From: Dehalococcoidia bacterium | Lineage (GTDB): Bacteria; Chloroflexota; Dehalococcoidia; UBA2979 | Assembly: GCA_964291495.2 (NCBI GenBank) | Contig: OZ219872.1 | Span: 512,001 to 576,000, forward strand | Direction of reading: 5' to 3' | Length of the DNA: 64,000 nt | Notes under the pieces: generated by a model | The model's input: only the letters and a program-made list of their open reading frames with translations | Database searches by the model: none | What the model was told of the DNA's origin: nothing | Made by a program: the position numbers and the translations under genes | Shown: in pieces, positions 1 through 9,756 of the stretch | Numbering within the stretch: the first letter of the stretch is position 1 | How the letters are laid out: each line of letters starts with the position of its first letter

Positions 1-3000
1 GCGGCGAGCGTGACGGCCTCAATGCCGCCGAGGGGCGCCGGCGCGGCGGCGCCGACCTGGACGAAGAAGCGCTGTTCGGTGCTGCCTGCGGAGTTCGTCG
101 CGATCACGCCGACAGTCGCGACGCCCGCGGCCAGCGGGGTGAGCGTCAGCCGGCCGCCCGATTCCCACCCATGGACCACGCCGCCGGGGTCGGCGGATAC
201 GTGATACCGGGCGCCCTCGCCGCCGAAGTAGTTCCCGAGGTCGATGTCACGCTCGGGCCCGCCCTCGGCGAGTGCGATGGGCTCCGCGCGGCCGAGCACC
301 CGCGGCGCGGCCGGACCGACGGCCACGGCAAAGGCCTGGCGGGCGCTTCCGCTCGCGTTGCTCGCCGTCACCGTAACCGTCGCGACACCGGCCGAGAGCG
401 GCGTCAGCCTCAGCCGCCCGCGAGACTCCCAGAGATGCAGCACGCCGTCGGGCCGCGACGCCACCTCGTAGTAGGCCACATGGCCAACGAAGTAGTCCGC
501 GAGCGCGATCTCCTCCCCGGCGCCTCCCGCCGTGAGCGGGGCGCCCACAATCCGGCCGAGTGCCCTCGGCGCGGCGGGTTGCACCACGACCGTGAAGGCC
601 TGCCCGACGCTGCCGCCCTCGTTCAGCGCCGTCACGTCCAACCTCGCCAGCCCCGCGGCAAGCGGCGTCAGGGTGAGCATTCCGCCCGACTCCCAGGGGT
701 ACACGACGCCGCCCGGCGTCACCACCAGCTCGTAGCGTTCGACGGCGCCGGCGAAGTAGTTCCCGAGCTCGATCCTCGACGGAGGTCCCCCCATCGACAA
801 CGGCAGGAGCGTGCGGGAGGCCAGGGACCGAGGTGCGGACGGTCCCACGGCCACCTCGAAGGCCTGCGATGCCATGCCTCCACTGTTCACGGACCAGACG
901 GTGATCGTCGTGGATCCGGCCGCCAGCGGCGTGAGCGTCAGCCGCCCTTCCGACTCCCAGAGATGCACGACGCCGCCCGGCTCGGCGTTCGCGCCGTAGC
1001 GCGCGGAGCCCCCGAGGAAGTAGTGCGAGAGGTCGATGGTCCGCGCGCCGGTCCCGGCGCTGAGGGTCAAGTCCCCGAGCTCCTCGGTGATCCTCGGCGC
1101 GCGCCTCGTGACAACCACCACGATCTCCTGCGTGGCGCTCCCCGCTCCGTTCGTCGCGGTTACAGTCACCAGTCCGACGCCCACGGCGAGCGCCCTGACC
1201 GCGACAGTCCCCCCATGCGCCTCGACCGCCACGACGTGAGGGTTCGAGGACTCCGCCGCAAGCGTGAGGTCGTCGCCGTCGAAGTACGCCGCCGTATCGA
1301 CGAACGAGTAGCCGCCCTCGATGATCGCCACGAGGGGCACGCGTCCCAGCGCGCTGGGCGCTCCGTCCTGGACGGTGACGCGGAAGACTTGTCGGGCGAC
1401 GCCTCCCGCGTTCGTCGCCGTCACCGTCACCGTCGCGACGCCCGACGCGAGTGGCGTAAGCGCCAGCCGGCCGTCCGACTCCCAGAGGTGCACGATGCCC
1501 GCGGGCTCTGCGGCCACCTCGTAGCGCTCGACAGCGCCGCCGAAGTACGCCGCCAGATCCACTTCCCGCACGCCCCCGTTCGCTCGCAGGGCCGCATCCT
1601 CGATCTCACCCTCAGCGACCGGCGCGGGCGGCACCACCGTCACGACGAAGCTCTGCTCCGCGCTCCCTCCGGCGTTCGTCGCTGCCACCGTCACCGTCGA
1701 CTCGCCCGCCGCGACCGCCGTCACCGTGACCCTCGCGCCAGCCACCTCGACCGTCGCCACCGCCGTCTCCGAGGACTCCGCCGTGTACGTCAGCCCCGCG
1801 CCCTCGAAGTACGCCGAGGCGTCCTCGGCGTGCGTGCCGCCCTCGGTGAGCGTTGCGCCCGCGATGCTCCCGACGGCCGTCGGCGCGGGCGGCAGCACCG
1901 TGACGGCGAAGCTCTGCTGGGCGCTTCCCCCACCGCTCGTCGCCGTCACCGTCACCGTCGACTCGCCCGCCGCGACCGCCGTCACCGTGACCCTCGCGCC
2001 AGCCACCTCGACCGTCGCCACCGCCGTCTCCGAGGACTCCGCCGTGTACGTCAGCCCCGCGCCCGCGAAGTACGCCGAGGCGTCCTCCGCGTGCGTCTCG
2101 CCCCCGGTCATCGTGACCGCCGCGATGCTCCCGACTGCCGTGGGGGCGGACGCCGCCGCCGCCACTGTCACGGCGAACGACTGCTGGGCACTGCCCCCGG
2201 CGCTCGTCGCCGTCACCGTCACCGTCGCCTCGCCCAGGGCCAGCCCCGAGAGCGCGAGCTGCGATCCCGACCTCGAGACGTGGACGATTCCTGATGGAGA
2301 TACCGTCACCTCGTAGCTGGTGACGTCGGCTCCGAAGTAGCCGGCGAGCTCGATCGTGCGCGCTGCGCCTTCCGTCAGGGTGATCGAGGGAAGTTCGACG
2401 GTGACGGCGAAGGACTGCCCGGCGCTTCCGCCTGCGTTCGTCGCCGTGACCGTCACCGTCGCCTCGCCAGCTGCGACCGCCGTAACCGTGACCCTCGTGC
2501 CCTCCACCGCCACGGCGGCGACCGCGGCGTTCGAAGACCCCGCCGTGTAGGTGATTCCCTCGCCGCTGAAGTAGTTCGAGGCGTCCCATGCGTGCGCGTC
2601 GCCCTCGGTGATCGTGGCCGCCGCGATGCTGCCGACGGTCGCCGGCGCGGGCGGACGCACCGTGACCCCGAAGCGAAACTCAGCGGTTCCGCCAGCGGTC
2701 GTCACTTCGAGGGTGACCGTGGCCTTGCCGTTCGCGAGGGCGGTGAGTGTCAACTGCGAACCCGAGAGATCGAGTCCGACGATGCCTGCCGGGGAGACCG
2801 ACGAGTGGTAGCCCGTCGCGTCGGCTCCGAAGTGGTCCGAGAGGTCGAGCGTCCGCGTGTCGCCTCGAGTGAGCGTGACGGCGGGGAGTTGGACGGTGAC
2901 GGCGAAGGACTGCGAGACACTCCCGCCCGCGTTCGTCGCCGTCACCGTCACCGTCGCTTCGCCCGCCGCGACCGCCGTCACCGTGGCGGTCGCGCCCTCG

Positions 3001-3908
3001 ACCTCGACCGTCGCCACTTCCGTGCCCGAGGACTCCGCCGTGTACGTCAGCCCTCCGCCCTCGAAGTGCGCCGAGACGTCCTCGGCGTGCGTGTCGCCCT
3101 CTGTGAGGGTGAGCGCCTCGATGCTGCCGGCCGCGACCGGGGCCGGGGGTATGACGGTGACGGCGAAGGCCTGCTCCACGCTCCCGCCCGAGTTCGTCGC
3201 GGTCACGGCGATGGTCGCGCTCCCGGCGCCGACGGCGGTCACCGTCACTTCCGCACCATCGACCTCGACGGTCGCCGCCCCGGTGTCCGAGGACGTCGCC
3301 GCGTACGCGATCTCCGCGCCCTCGAAATGCTGCGAGGCTGTCACCGCGTGGGTAGCGCCCTCGGTGAGGGTGACTGCGGCGATGCTTCCGGTCGCGGTGG
3401 GGGCGGCGAGCATCGCCATCACCGTGACCATGAACCGCTTGCGCTCGCTGCCGCCCAGCTTCCGGCCCCGGACGGTGACGGTCGCCGAGCCGACCGCGAG
3501 CGGCTCGAGCGTGATCACCGTCCCCGATCGCGATGTGCGGACGATGCCGTTGGGGGACGCCGTCACCTCGTAGCCATGCACGCTGTCGCTGAAGTAGCCG
3601 GCCACGTCCACCGCGTGCGAGGCGCCGCCGAGCGTCAGCGAGACATCCGGGATGTCGTCCTCGGGCGTCGGCGCCTGCTGCGCCCGAAGGCCCTCGATGA
3701 CGTCGAGTGGATGGCCGGCGGAGAGCCACGACGGGTGCAATCCGCTGTCGCGGGGCGGTCCGGCCGACCGTTCGGAGGCCAGAACAGCGGGAGCACCGGA
3801 GATCAGGACCCACACGACAGCGATCAGGACGGCAGACCAGGCCCCGCGCCAGCCAGTGGGTAGCGGGGCGCCGAGGTGAACGCGTGCGGACCCGGCGCCT
3901 CTCGGCAC
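1..3908 (-). CDS. Large secreted/surface protein with >=14 tandem ~87-aa Ig/cadherin-like repeats (runs off the left end)
   Basis: Not in the ORF track (no stop in window). Manual minus-strand translation from GTG 3908 gives a signal peptide (WSAVLIAVVWVLISGAPAVLA) and then repeats like 'DASAYFEGAGLTYTAESSETAVATVEVAGARVTVTAVAAGESTVTVTATNAGGSAEQSFVVTV'. Confidence 0.85.
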   Translation of the reverse strand, partial: MPRGAGSARVHLGAPLPTGWRGAWSAVLIAVVWVLISGAPAVLASERSAGPPRDSGLHPSWLSAGHPLDVIEGLRAQQAPTPEDDIPDVSLTLGGASHAVDVAGYFSDSVHGYEVTASPNGIVRTSRSGTVITLEPLAVGSATVTVRGRKLGGSERKRFMVTVMAMLAAPTATGSIAAVTLTEGATHAVTASQHFEGAEIAYAATSSDTGAATVEVDGAEVTVTAVGAGSATIAVTATNSGGSVEQAFAVTVIPPAPVAAGSIEALTLTEGDTHAEDVSAHFEGGGLTYTAESSGTEVATVEVEGATATVTAVAAGEATVTVTATNAGGSVSQSFAVTVQLPAVTLTRGDTRTLDLSDHFGADATGYHSSVSPAGIVGLDLSGSQLTLTALANGKATVTLEVTTAGGTAEFRFGVTVRPPAPATVGSIAAATITEGDAHAWDASNYFSGEGITYTAGSSNAAVAAVAVEGTRVTVTAVAAGEATVTVTATNAGGSAGQSFAVTVELPSITLTEGAARTIELAGYFGADVTSYEVTVSPSGIVHVSRSGSQLALSGLALGEATVTVTATSAGGSAQQSFAVTVAAAASAPTAVGSIAAVTMTGGETHAEDASAYFAGAGLTYTAESSETAVATVEVAGARVTVTAVAAGESTVTVTATSGGGSAQQSFAVTVLPPAPTAVGSIAGATLTEGGTHAEDASAYFEGAGLTYTAESSETAVATVEVAGARVTVTAVAAGESTVTVAATNAGGSAEQSFVVTVVPPAPVAEGEIEDAALRANGGVREVDLAAYFGGAVERYEVAAEPAGIVHLWESDGRLALTPLASGVATVTVTATNAGGVARQVFRVTVQDGAPSALGRVPLVAIIEGGYSFVDTAAYFDGDDLTLAAESSNPHVVAVEAHGGTVAVRALAVGVGLVTVTATNGAGSATQEIVVVVTRRAPRITEELGDLTLSAGTGARTIDLSHYFLGGSARYGANAEPGGVVHLWESEGRLTLTPLAAGSTTITVWSVNSGGMASQAFEVAVGPSAPRSLASRTLLPLSMGGPPSRIELGNYFAGAVERYELVVTPGGVVYPWESGGMLTLTPLAAGLARLDVTALNEGGSVGQAFTVVVQPAAPRALGRIVGAPLTAGGAGEEIALADYFVGHVAYYEVASRPDGVLHLWESRGRLRLTPLSAGVATVTVTASNASGSARQAFAVAVGPAAPRVLGRAEPIALAEGGPERDIDLGNYFGGEGARYHVSADPGGVVHGWESGGRLTLTPLAAGVATVGVIATNSAGSTEQRFFVQVGAAAPAPLGGIEAVTLA

Positions 3909-4047
3909 TGCTTAACCCCTGCCGCGGCCTGACATTCTGCTGCTGACAATAGTTGGTCTCAGCATGAAGGTGTGATACCGATTGCGCTGTGCGCACCAGT
4001 GGCGGGTGGCCTCGTTCCCTCGCCGGCGCACAGGCAGGGGAATCTCG

Positions 4048-7000
4048 GTGCGGCGTTCCGGACCGCTCGCGCTGCTCGTCGGCGCGCTCGCAGTTGTCGC
4101 CCTCTCCACCAGCGCCATCCGCGCGCAGTCCCCGGCAGAGGGGCAGAACCTGCTGCCGAACGGCGGATTCGAAGACGGCCGGGACGGTTGGGTGCCCCCC
4201 ACCGCGGCGACCTTCGAAGTGGTCGATGAGCCCGTTCAAGAAGGCGACTCCGCGGGGAAGGTCACGGCAAGCGGCCCGGGCAGCTTCACCCTGATGACCC
4301 AGTACCGGCGCGTGTCAGTCGAGCCGGGGGCCGAACACACGGCGCGTGCATGGCTCAGCACCGGCAGTGGCGCCCCCGGCTCAGAGCCGCGCTGGATGGA
4401 GGTGAGCCTCGAGTTCGTCGACAAGGATGGCGCCCGGACGGGCAATATCGGCACCCGGAGGATCGATGAGCCGAGCTCGGACTGGCAACTCGTCGAGGTC
4501 GCTCCTGCAGCAGCGCCGGCCGATGCCGCGCATGCTCGCCTGCTGGTAACCGCGGGGGCCTCGGCGAGTGGCGCCGCATTCTACGTGGACTCGGCGGAGC
4601 TCACGGCCGGGCCGCCACCGCCGACGGCGACCACGACCGAGGAGCCCACCACGGCCGCGGACAGGCCGCCAACCACACCTGCGACGGCCGAGCCCTCGTT
4701 CTTCGCCTCGCTCACCAACGGCGACTTCGAACTGCCCGGCGCTACGCCGTACGGCTGGCGCGCGCACGCCGGCGAGGCTGCCGTCGTATCCGAGGGCGGC
4801 TCGCGGGCGGGCGCGCTCACCTCGCGGGGACGCTCGACGGCCTGGCTTCACCAGTCCGTCGCCGTCGAGGGCGGGCGCTGGTACGAGGCCTCCGGCCTGC
4901 TTCGGCCCGCGTCCAACGCCGCGCTCGCGCGCATCCGCATCGCCTGGTACGCCTCGGGCGACGCGAGCGGCGCGCAGCTCTCCACGGAGGACTCCGACGA
5001 ACTCGGCGGCGTCGGCGACTCCTACACGGCCGTCTCGACAGGCCCGATTCGCGCGCCCGACAACGCCCGGAGCGCACAACTGCGCGTCATGCTCCGTCCC
5101 GCAAGCGAGGGTCCGGCCGTGCTGCGCGCCGACAACGTCCGCCTCGAACGCACCGCGCCGCCGCCGAGTCCACCCGCCACGAGGGCGCCGGTGTCCGTGC
5201 CGACCCCCGAGGCGATGCCGACGTTCTTCGTCGCGCTCACGAACGGCGACTTCGAGCTGCCGGGCGATACGCCCTACGGCTGGCGCGCCCATGCGGGCGC
5301 GGTCCGCGTCGTCTCCGACGCCGGCTCGCGCAGCGCCGTGCTCACCTCGCGAGGGAACTCCACCGCCTGGCTGCGCCAGTCCTTCGCCGTCGAGGGCGGC
5401 CGCTGGTACGAGGCCGGCGGGCGGCTGCATGCGGTCACCAACGCCTCGCTCGCACGCATCCGCGTCGCCTGGTACGCCTCGGGCGACGCGAGCGGCGCGC
5501 AGCTCTCCACGGACGACTCCGACGAACTCGTCGGAGTCGGCGACTCGTTCGCCGCCGTGTCCACAGGCGCGATCCGGGCGCCCGAGGAAGCGCGCAGCGC
5601 GGAACTGCGGGTGATGATCCGCCCGGCGAACGCTGCTCCGGCGATCCTCCGCGCCGACGACATCTCCTTCCAGCGCACAGCCCCACCACCGCCGGACCTG
5701 ACCTCCGAGGCCCCGCCCACGCAACCGCAGCGGCCACCCGCGGCGGCGCCCTCGTTCTTCGCCTCCCTCACCAACGGCGATTTCGAGTTGCCCGGCGAAG
5801 CCCCCTACGGCTGGCGCGCCCACGCCGGGGACGCCCTCGTGACCTCCGAGGGCGGTTCGCGAGCCGCAGCGCTCACCTCGACAGGGGCTGCGGCTGCCTG
5901 GCTGCACCAGTCGTGCGCCGTCGAGGGCGGGCGCTGGTACCAGGCAGCCGGGCGGCTTCGGCCCGGCGCCAACGCAGCCCTCGCCCGCATCCGCATCGCC
6001 TGGTACGCCTCGGACGACGCGAGCGGGCCGCAGCTCGCCACCGCGGATTCCGAGGAGCTCGAGGGCGCGGGCGACTCGTTCGCCGCCGTCTCCACGGGCG
6101 CGATTCGCGCGCCCGACGAGGCCCGCAGCGCACAGCTCCGGATCATGTTGCTCCCTGCCGCTGAGGCCTCGGCGAGCCTTCTCGCCGACGACGTGTCCTT
6201 CGCCCGCACCGCGCCCCCACCGCCGGCGACGCCCGACACGCCGCAGGAGGCCGCCACACCCGCTCCCGAGGAAACACCGTCCTTCTTCGCCTCGCTCACC
6301 AACGGCGACTTCGCGCTGCCCGGCGAGACGCCTTACGGCTGGCGCGCGCACGCCGGGAACGCCGTCGTCACCTCCGAGGGCGACTCACGCTTCGCCTCGC
6401 TCACCTCACGTAGTGACACGACGGCCTGGCTGCACCAGTCCTTCACCGTCGAGGGAAGCCGCTGGTACGAGGCCACGGGTTCGCTGCGGCTCGGCGACAA
6501 TGCCTCGCTCGCCCGCATCCGCGTAGCCTGGTACGCCTCGGAAGACGCGAGCGGGCCGCAGCTCGCTGTCGCGGACTCCGAGGGGTTCGAGGGTGCAGGC
6601 GACTCGTTCGTCGCGGTCTCGACCGGCGCGATCCGTGCGCCCGACGAGGCCCGCAGCGCCCAGCTGCGGATCATGCTGCGACCCGCGGGCGAGGCCCCCG
6701 CGGTCCTCCACGCCGACGACATCTCGTTCGCGATCGCTACCGACCCGGCGCCCTCGCAGTCTCCGCCCGCCCTCGATGAGAGCCACGGGTCACCCTCGCC
6801 GGGAGCGGCCACCGCCGCGGGGACGCCCTCGGCCGCAGCGCTGGAGCCCTACCACCTGCGCAGCGCCTCAGCAGTGCTGTTGCGCATCACGGAACTGCTG
6901 CCCGACCCGGTCCAGAGCGGGTCGGACGCCGAGTACGAGTGGATCGAGGTCGCCAACGTCGGCACGGCCGCGGTCCCGCTCGCGGGCCTGATCCTCGTCG

Positions 7001-7689
7001 ACAACCATGGCCGCATCGCCCTGCCCACGCTGACGCTCCCGCCGGGCGCTGCGTTCGTCATCGCGGGCCCGCGGGCGGAGATCGGGGACGCCTACGCGCT
7101 GCGACAGGGCAGCGGGCTGTTCAACGGCCTCGGCAACTCCGGTGACCGCCTCGCACTCGCCACCGGCGGCGGAGCGATCATCGACGCGCTGTCCTACGGC
7201 AGCGACGACGGCGTGGACCAGCCGCCGCTCAAGGCTCCGGCGTCCGGGCACTCGCTGCAACGCCGCTTCGACCCGGCCGGCCGCCTGCTCGAGGCCGCCG
7301 TCGCCGAGCACCCCTCGCCCGGACGGATCGAGGCGCCCGCCGCGCCGGATGCCGCCCCGGCGTCGGGGCCGGGCGCGCCATCGGCCGCGACGGCCGGCGC
7401 GGCGGACGCCGTGGAGCGCACATCGCCGTCGAGCGTCGAGGCGCTGCGCAAGCAGCTCGACGATGCGGCGAGCGCGGACCGGACGGCCTGGATCGTGCTT
7501 GCCTCAGTCGCGGCGGTCGCCCTCGTGGCCGCCGCCGCGCACCGCGCCCGCGAGCTGCTGCGGGCGGCTCCCCCGGCGTCCGGACGTGCGCTCCAGCGCC
7601 GCGCCAGGCGCTGGCGGCGCTACGCCAGCGGCGAGCAGGTCACGCGGCGCGCGCTCAGTCCTCGTCGTCGTAGAACTCCTCGGGCATGA
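4048..7689 (+). CDS. Membrane-anchored protein: five CBM4/9-like (galactose-binding-like) domains, lamin-tail domain, C-terminal TM helix
   Basis: Signal peptide from GTG 4048. Domains start NLLPNGGFE / LTNGDFE and are joined by Pro/Thr linkers. 'LRITELLPDP..EYEWIEVAN...GLGNSGDRL' is an LTD signature. Hydrophobic helix and basic tail at the end. Confidence 0.8.
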   Translation: MRRSGPLALLVGALAVVALSTSAIRAQSPAEGQNLLPNGGFEDGRDGWVPPTAATFEVVDEPVQEGDSAGKVTASGPGSFTLMTQYRRVSVEPGAEHTARAWLSTGSGAPGSEPRWMEVSLEFVDKDGARTGNIGTRRIDEPSSDWQLVEVAPAAAPADAAHARLLVTAGASASGAAFYVDSAELTAGPPPPTATTTEEPTTAADRPPTTPATAEPSFFASLTNGDFELPGATPYGWRAHAGEAAVVSEGGSRAGALTSRGRSTAWLHQSVAVEGGRWYEASGLLRPASNAALARIRIAWYASGDASGAQLSTEDSDELGGVGDSYTAVSTGPIRAPDNARSAQLRVMLRPASEGPAVLRADNVRLERTAPPPSPPATRAPVSVPTPEAMPTFFVALTNGDFELPGDTPYGWRAHAGAVRVVSDAGSRSAVLTSRGNSTAWLRQSFAVEGGRWYEAGGRLHAVTNASLARIRVAWYASGDASGAQLSTDDSDELVGVGDSFAAVSTGAIRAPEEARSAELRVMIRPANAAPAILRADDISFQRTAPPPPDLTSEAPPTQPQRPPAAAPSFFASLTNGDFELPGEAPYGWRAHAGDALVTSEGGSRAAALTSTGAAAAWLHQSCAVEGGRWYQAAGRLRPGANAALARIRIAWYASDDASGPQLATADSEELEGAGDSFAAVSTGAIRAPDEARSAQLRIMLLPAAEASASLLADDVSFARTAPPPPATPDTPQEAATPAPEETPSFFASLTNGDFALPGETPYGWRAHAGNAVVTSEGDSRFASLTSRSDTTAWLHQSFTVEGSRWYEATGSLRLGDNASLARIRVAWYASEDASGPQLAVADSEGFEGAGDSFVAVSTGAIRAPDEARSAQLRIMLRPAGEAPAVLHADDISFAIATDPAPSQSPPALDESHGSPSPGAATAAGTPSAAALEPYHLRSASAVLLRITELLPDPVQSGSDAEYEWIEVANVGTAAVPLAGLILVDNHGRIALPTLTLPPGAAFVIAGPRAEIGDAYALRQGSGLFNGLGNSGDRLALATGGGAIIDALSYGSDDGVDQPPLKAPASGHSLQRRFDPAGRLLEAAVAEHPSPGRIEAPAAPDAAPASGPGAPSAATAGAADAVERTSPSSVEALRKQLDDAASADRTAWIVLASVAAVALVAAAAHRARELLRAAPPASGRALQRRARRWRRYASGEQVTRRALSPRRRRTPRA

Positions 7690-7726
7690 CCACGAACTCG
7701 GGGTAGGCCTCGATGCCCAGCTCGCC
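7644..7726 (-). repeat. Duplicated 3' end of amtB (direct repeat of 9746-9828)
   Basis: 83 bp with 4 mismatches; encodes GELGIEAYPEFVVMPEEFYDDED* versus amtB GELGLEAYPEFVLMPEEFYDDED*. Confidence 0.95.
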
Positions 7727-7781
7727 GGCTGAACTCGTCCATGTCTGAGAGTGGCCCTGTTCCCCCGACTAGACTGTCTGC

Positions 7782-9734
7782 ATGAGCTTCGCTGCTCGTG
7801 TCCTGCGTAAGCGCATGGTGTCGCCCGTCATCGCCACGCTCGCGCTGGCGGCGCTCGTCTTCGGTGTGGCGTGCGAGGACGGCCCCAAGCCTGCTCCCCA
7901 GCCCACCTCCATCGCGGACGGCCGGAGTCACGCAACGCCGAGCGGTTCGATGCCGACCTCGACGCCCGCACCGACAGTCGCGGCGACTCCACCTGTCGCT
8001 TCGACGCCTGCACCGTCGCCAACCGCGGCCGGCGCCACTGAGCCGACGGCCACCGCCACGCCGACCCCGGGACCAGGCCCGACTCCCGAATCGACGCCAG
8101 GCCCGACGCCCACGCCGCGCCCAACACCCAGTCCAAGCCCGGCGCCGACGGGGAGCCCGACGCCCGCGCCCGAGCGGCTCGACGCCCTCGATCTCATCGA
8201 ACCGGCACCGCGTGCGTTCGAGCACCGCACATTCGAGTCCGGCGAGCCAACGGGCTGGAACCAGGGGATCTTCGTCCTCGATCCGGTCACAGGGCTGACT
8301 GATGGGTACCGCGTGCCCGGCGCGGAGGCCCTTCACTACTACGAGCACTTCCCGGGCGGCTGGATCAAGTCGTGGGATCCATCGCTGGAGTGGGCCTTGC
8401 TGCTGCACCGGCCCAGCGGGAAGTCGTGGCGTTGGCGCGACGCCGAATTGCGGGTCGTGACGGCGTGGGCCGGGCTCGTGCTGTTCGAGGAGCTGCGAGA
8501 TGCAGGGCATCGCCCGACGGGCCGCCTCACGCTGGCGGATACCGGGATGCGGGAGGTCGGACGCTCCTCTATCGATACAAAATACGCTGAACGCTCTGCG
8601 TTGTTGTCTCCGGACGGCCAGACGCTCGCAGTCGACGCCGAGACGCGCGTGTACCTCGTGGGGGTCGAGTCGTCTCGGGTCACCGTCCTGTTTGAGACTG
8701 ATCCGGACGATGAAACGGCGAGGGCATGGATCAACCCGTGGTGGGACCGTCCGGGCATCCACGTGCGGTCCTCCCGTCACGACGGGAAGGACACCCGGCA
8801 CTACAACGACCACTACTTCAACTGGGAGGGCGACGCAGTGCCCGCGCCCGCCTGCCCGGATAGGGGTGGCCCGCGGGCAGGTTGGGTGGACGGTGCTACG
8901 TGGGTGTCACCGGACGGACGCTATGTGGCGTGGCTGGATGGTGCGCCCGTTTTCCTTGAGAACGTGATGGTCACGAAACTCGATAATCCCTGGCCAGCAG
9001 TGGTCGTGGCGGACCCTAATACCTGCGAGCCGCTCTTCCGAGTCCGCTCCGCACGGACAGGCGAGCGTGCCTGGAGCGCCGACTGGTTGGCCACGAGCGA
9101 GGGCATCGTCATCGGATCACGAGATGGGTACTTGATCGTCCGTGTTCGGCCCACGCCAGAAATCGTAGAGCTCCTGACCGGCGGAACGACAGGCAGCTGG
9201 GATACAGGTCCTCAGCCCGCTCCGACAGGAGATGGGCGCTACTTCGGGTACGGGTGGTGGGTCTACGACGCGTTCGACGAACGCTGGCTGCCGCCGTTCG
9301 GGGCCCACGCATCTCGTAGCGTTCTGGTGGGTATGGCGCCCGGTCCATTCTGGTGGGGCGACTCTCATCGCGAGCGCTGGTTCACGCCAACCGACTACTG
9401 GGGTCAGGGCTGGGTCGAGTGGCTGCTGCTTCCGCCGAAGATCGAGTTCCCTCCCTTCAGCGAGGAAATTACGTTCCGCGTCGCGCGGACCGGAGACTGC
9501 CTGCACCTCCGCGAGGACCCCAACACAGAAGCCGCTATCCTCGACTGTCTGCCGGACGGCACACGTCTGCTCTTCGTGCAGCAAGACCACCCGATCGAAC
9601 CGGATCCGGACGCGCACGGACTCTCGCTTGTCCACCCTTCACTCGAGGGCACTGTCGAGTCCGCATGGATCTACGTCCGCACCGAGGACGGCGCCGAGGG
9701 CTGGGTGAGCCACGACTACCTGGAGCACGACTGA
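7782..9734 (+). CDS. Lipoprotein with Pro/Thr stalk, probable beta-propeller region and C-terminal SH3b-like domain
   Basis: Lipobox LVFGVAC, PT repeats, SPDG motifs, C-terminal 'CLHLREDP...WIYVRTEDGAEGWVSHDYL'. TAGACT -10 lies 6 nt before the ATG. Confidence 0.75.
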   Translation: MSFAARVLRKRMVSPVIATLALAALVFGVACEDGPKPAPQPTSIADGRSHATPSGSMPTSTPAPTVAATPPVASTPAPSPTAAGATEPTATATPTPGPGPTPESTPGPTPTPRPTPSPSPAPTGSPTPAPERLDALDLIEPAPRAFEHRTFESGEPTGWNQGIFVLDPVTGLTDGYRVPGAEALHYYEHFPGGWIKSWDPSLEWALLLHRPSGKSWRWRDAELRVVTAWAGLVLFEELRDAGHRPTGRLTLADTGMREVGRSSIDTKYAERSALLSPDGQTLAVDAETRVYLVGVESSRVTVLFETDPDDETARAWINPWWDRPGIHVRSSRHDGKDTRHYNDHYFNWEGDAVPAPACPDRGGPRAGWVDGATWVSPDGRYVAWLDGAPVFLENVMVTKLDNPWPAVVVADPNTCEPLFRVRSARTGERAWSADWLATSEGIVIGSRDGYLIVRVRPTPEIVELLTGGTTGSWDTGPQPAPTGDGRYFGYGWWVYDAFDERWLPPFGAHASRSVLVGMAPGPFWWGDSHRERWFTPTDYWGQGWVEWLLLPPKIEFPPFSEEITFRVARTGDCLHLREDPNTEAAILDCLPDGTRLLFVQQDHPIEPDPDAHGLSLVHPSLEGTVESAWIYVRTEDGAEGWVSHDYLEHD

Positions 9735-9756
9735 GAGCGCCGAGAGCGGCGCGCGC

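Noticed and set aside
171-3863. Long plus-strand ORFs 171-2294 and 2592-3863, and similar Arg/Ala-rich ORFs such as 19824-23000 and 36804-39713
   Set aside because: Antisense shadows of real genes in high-GC DNA, with no recognisable motifs.
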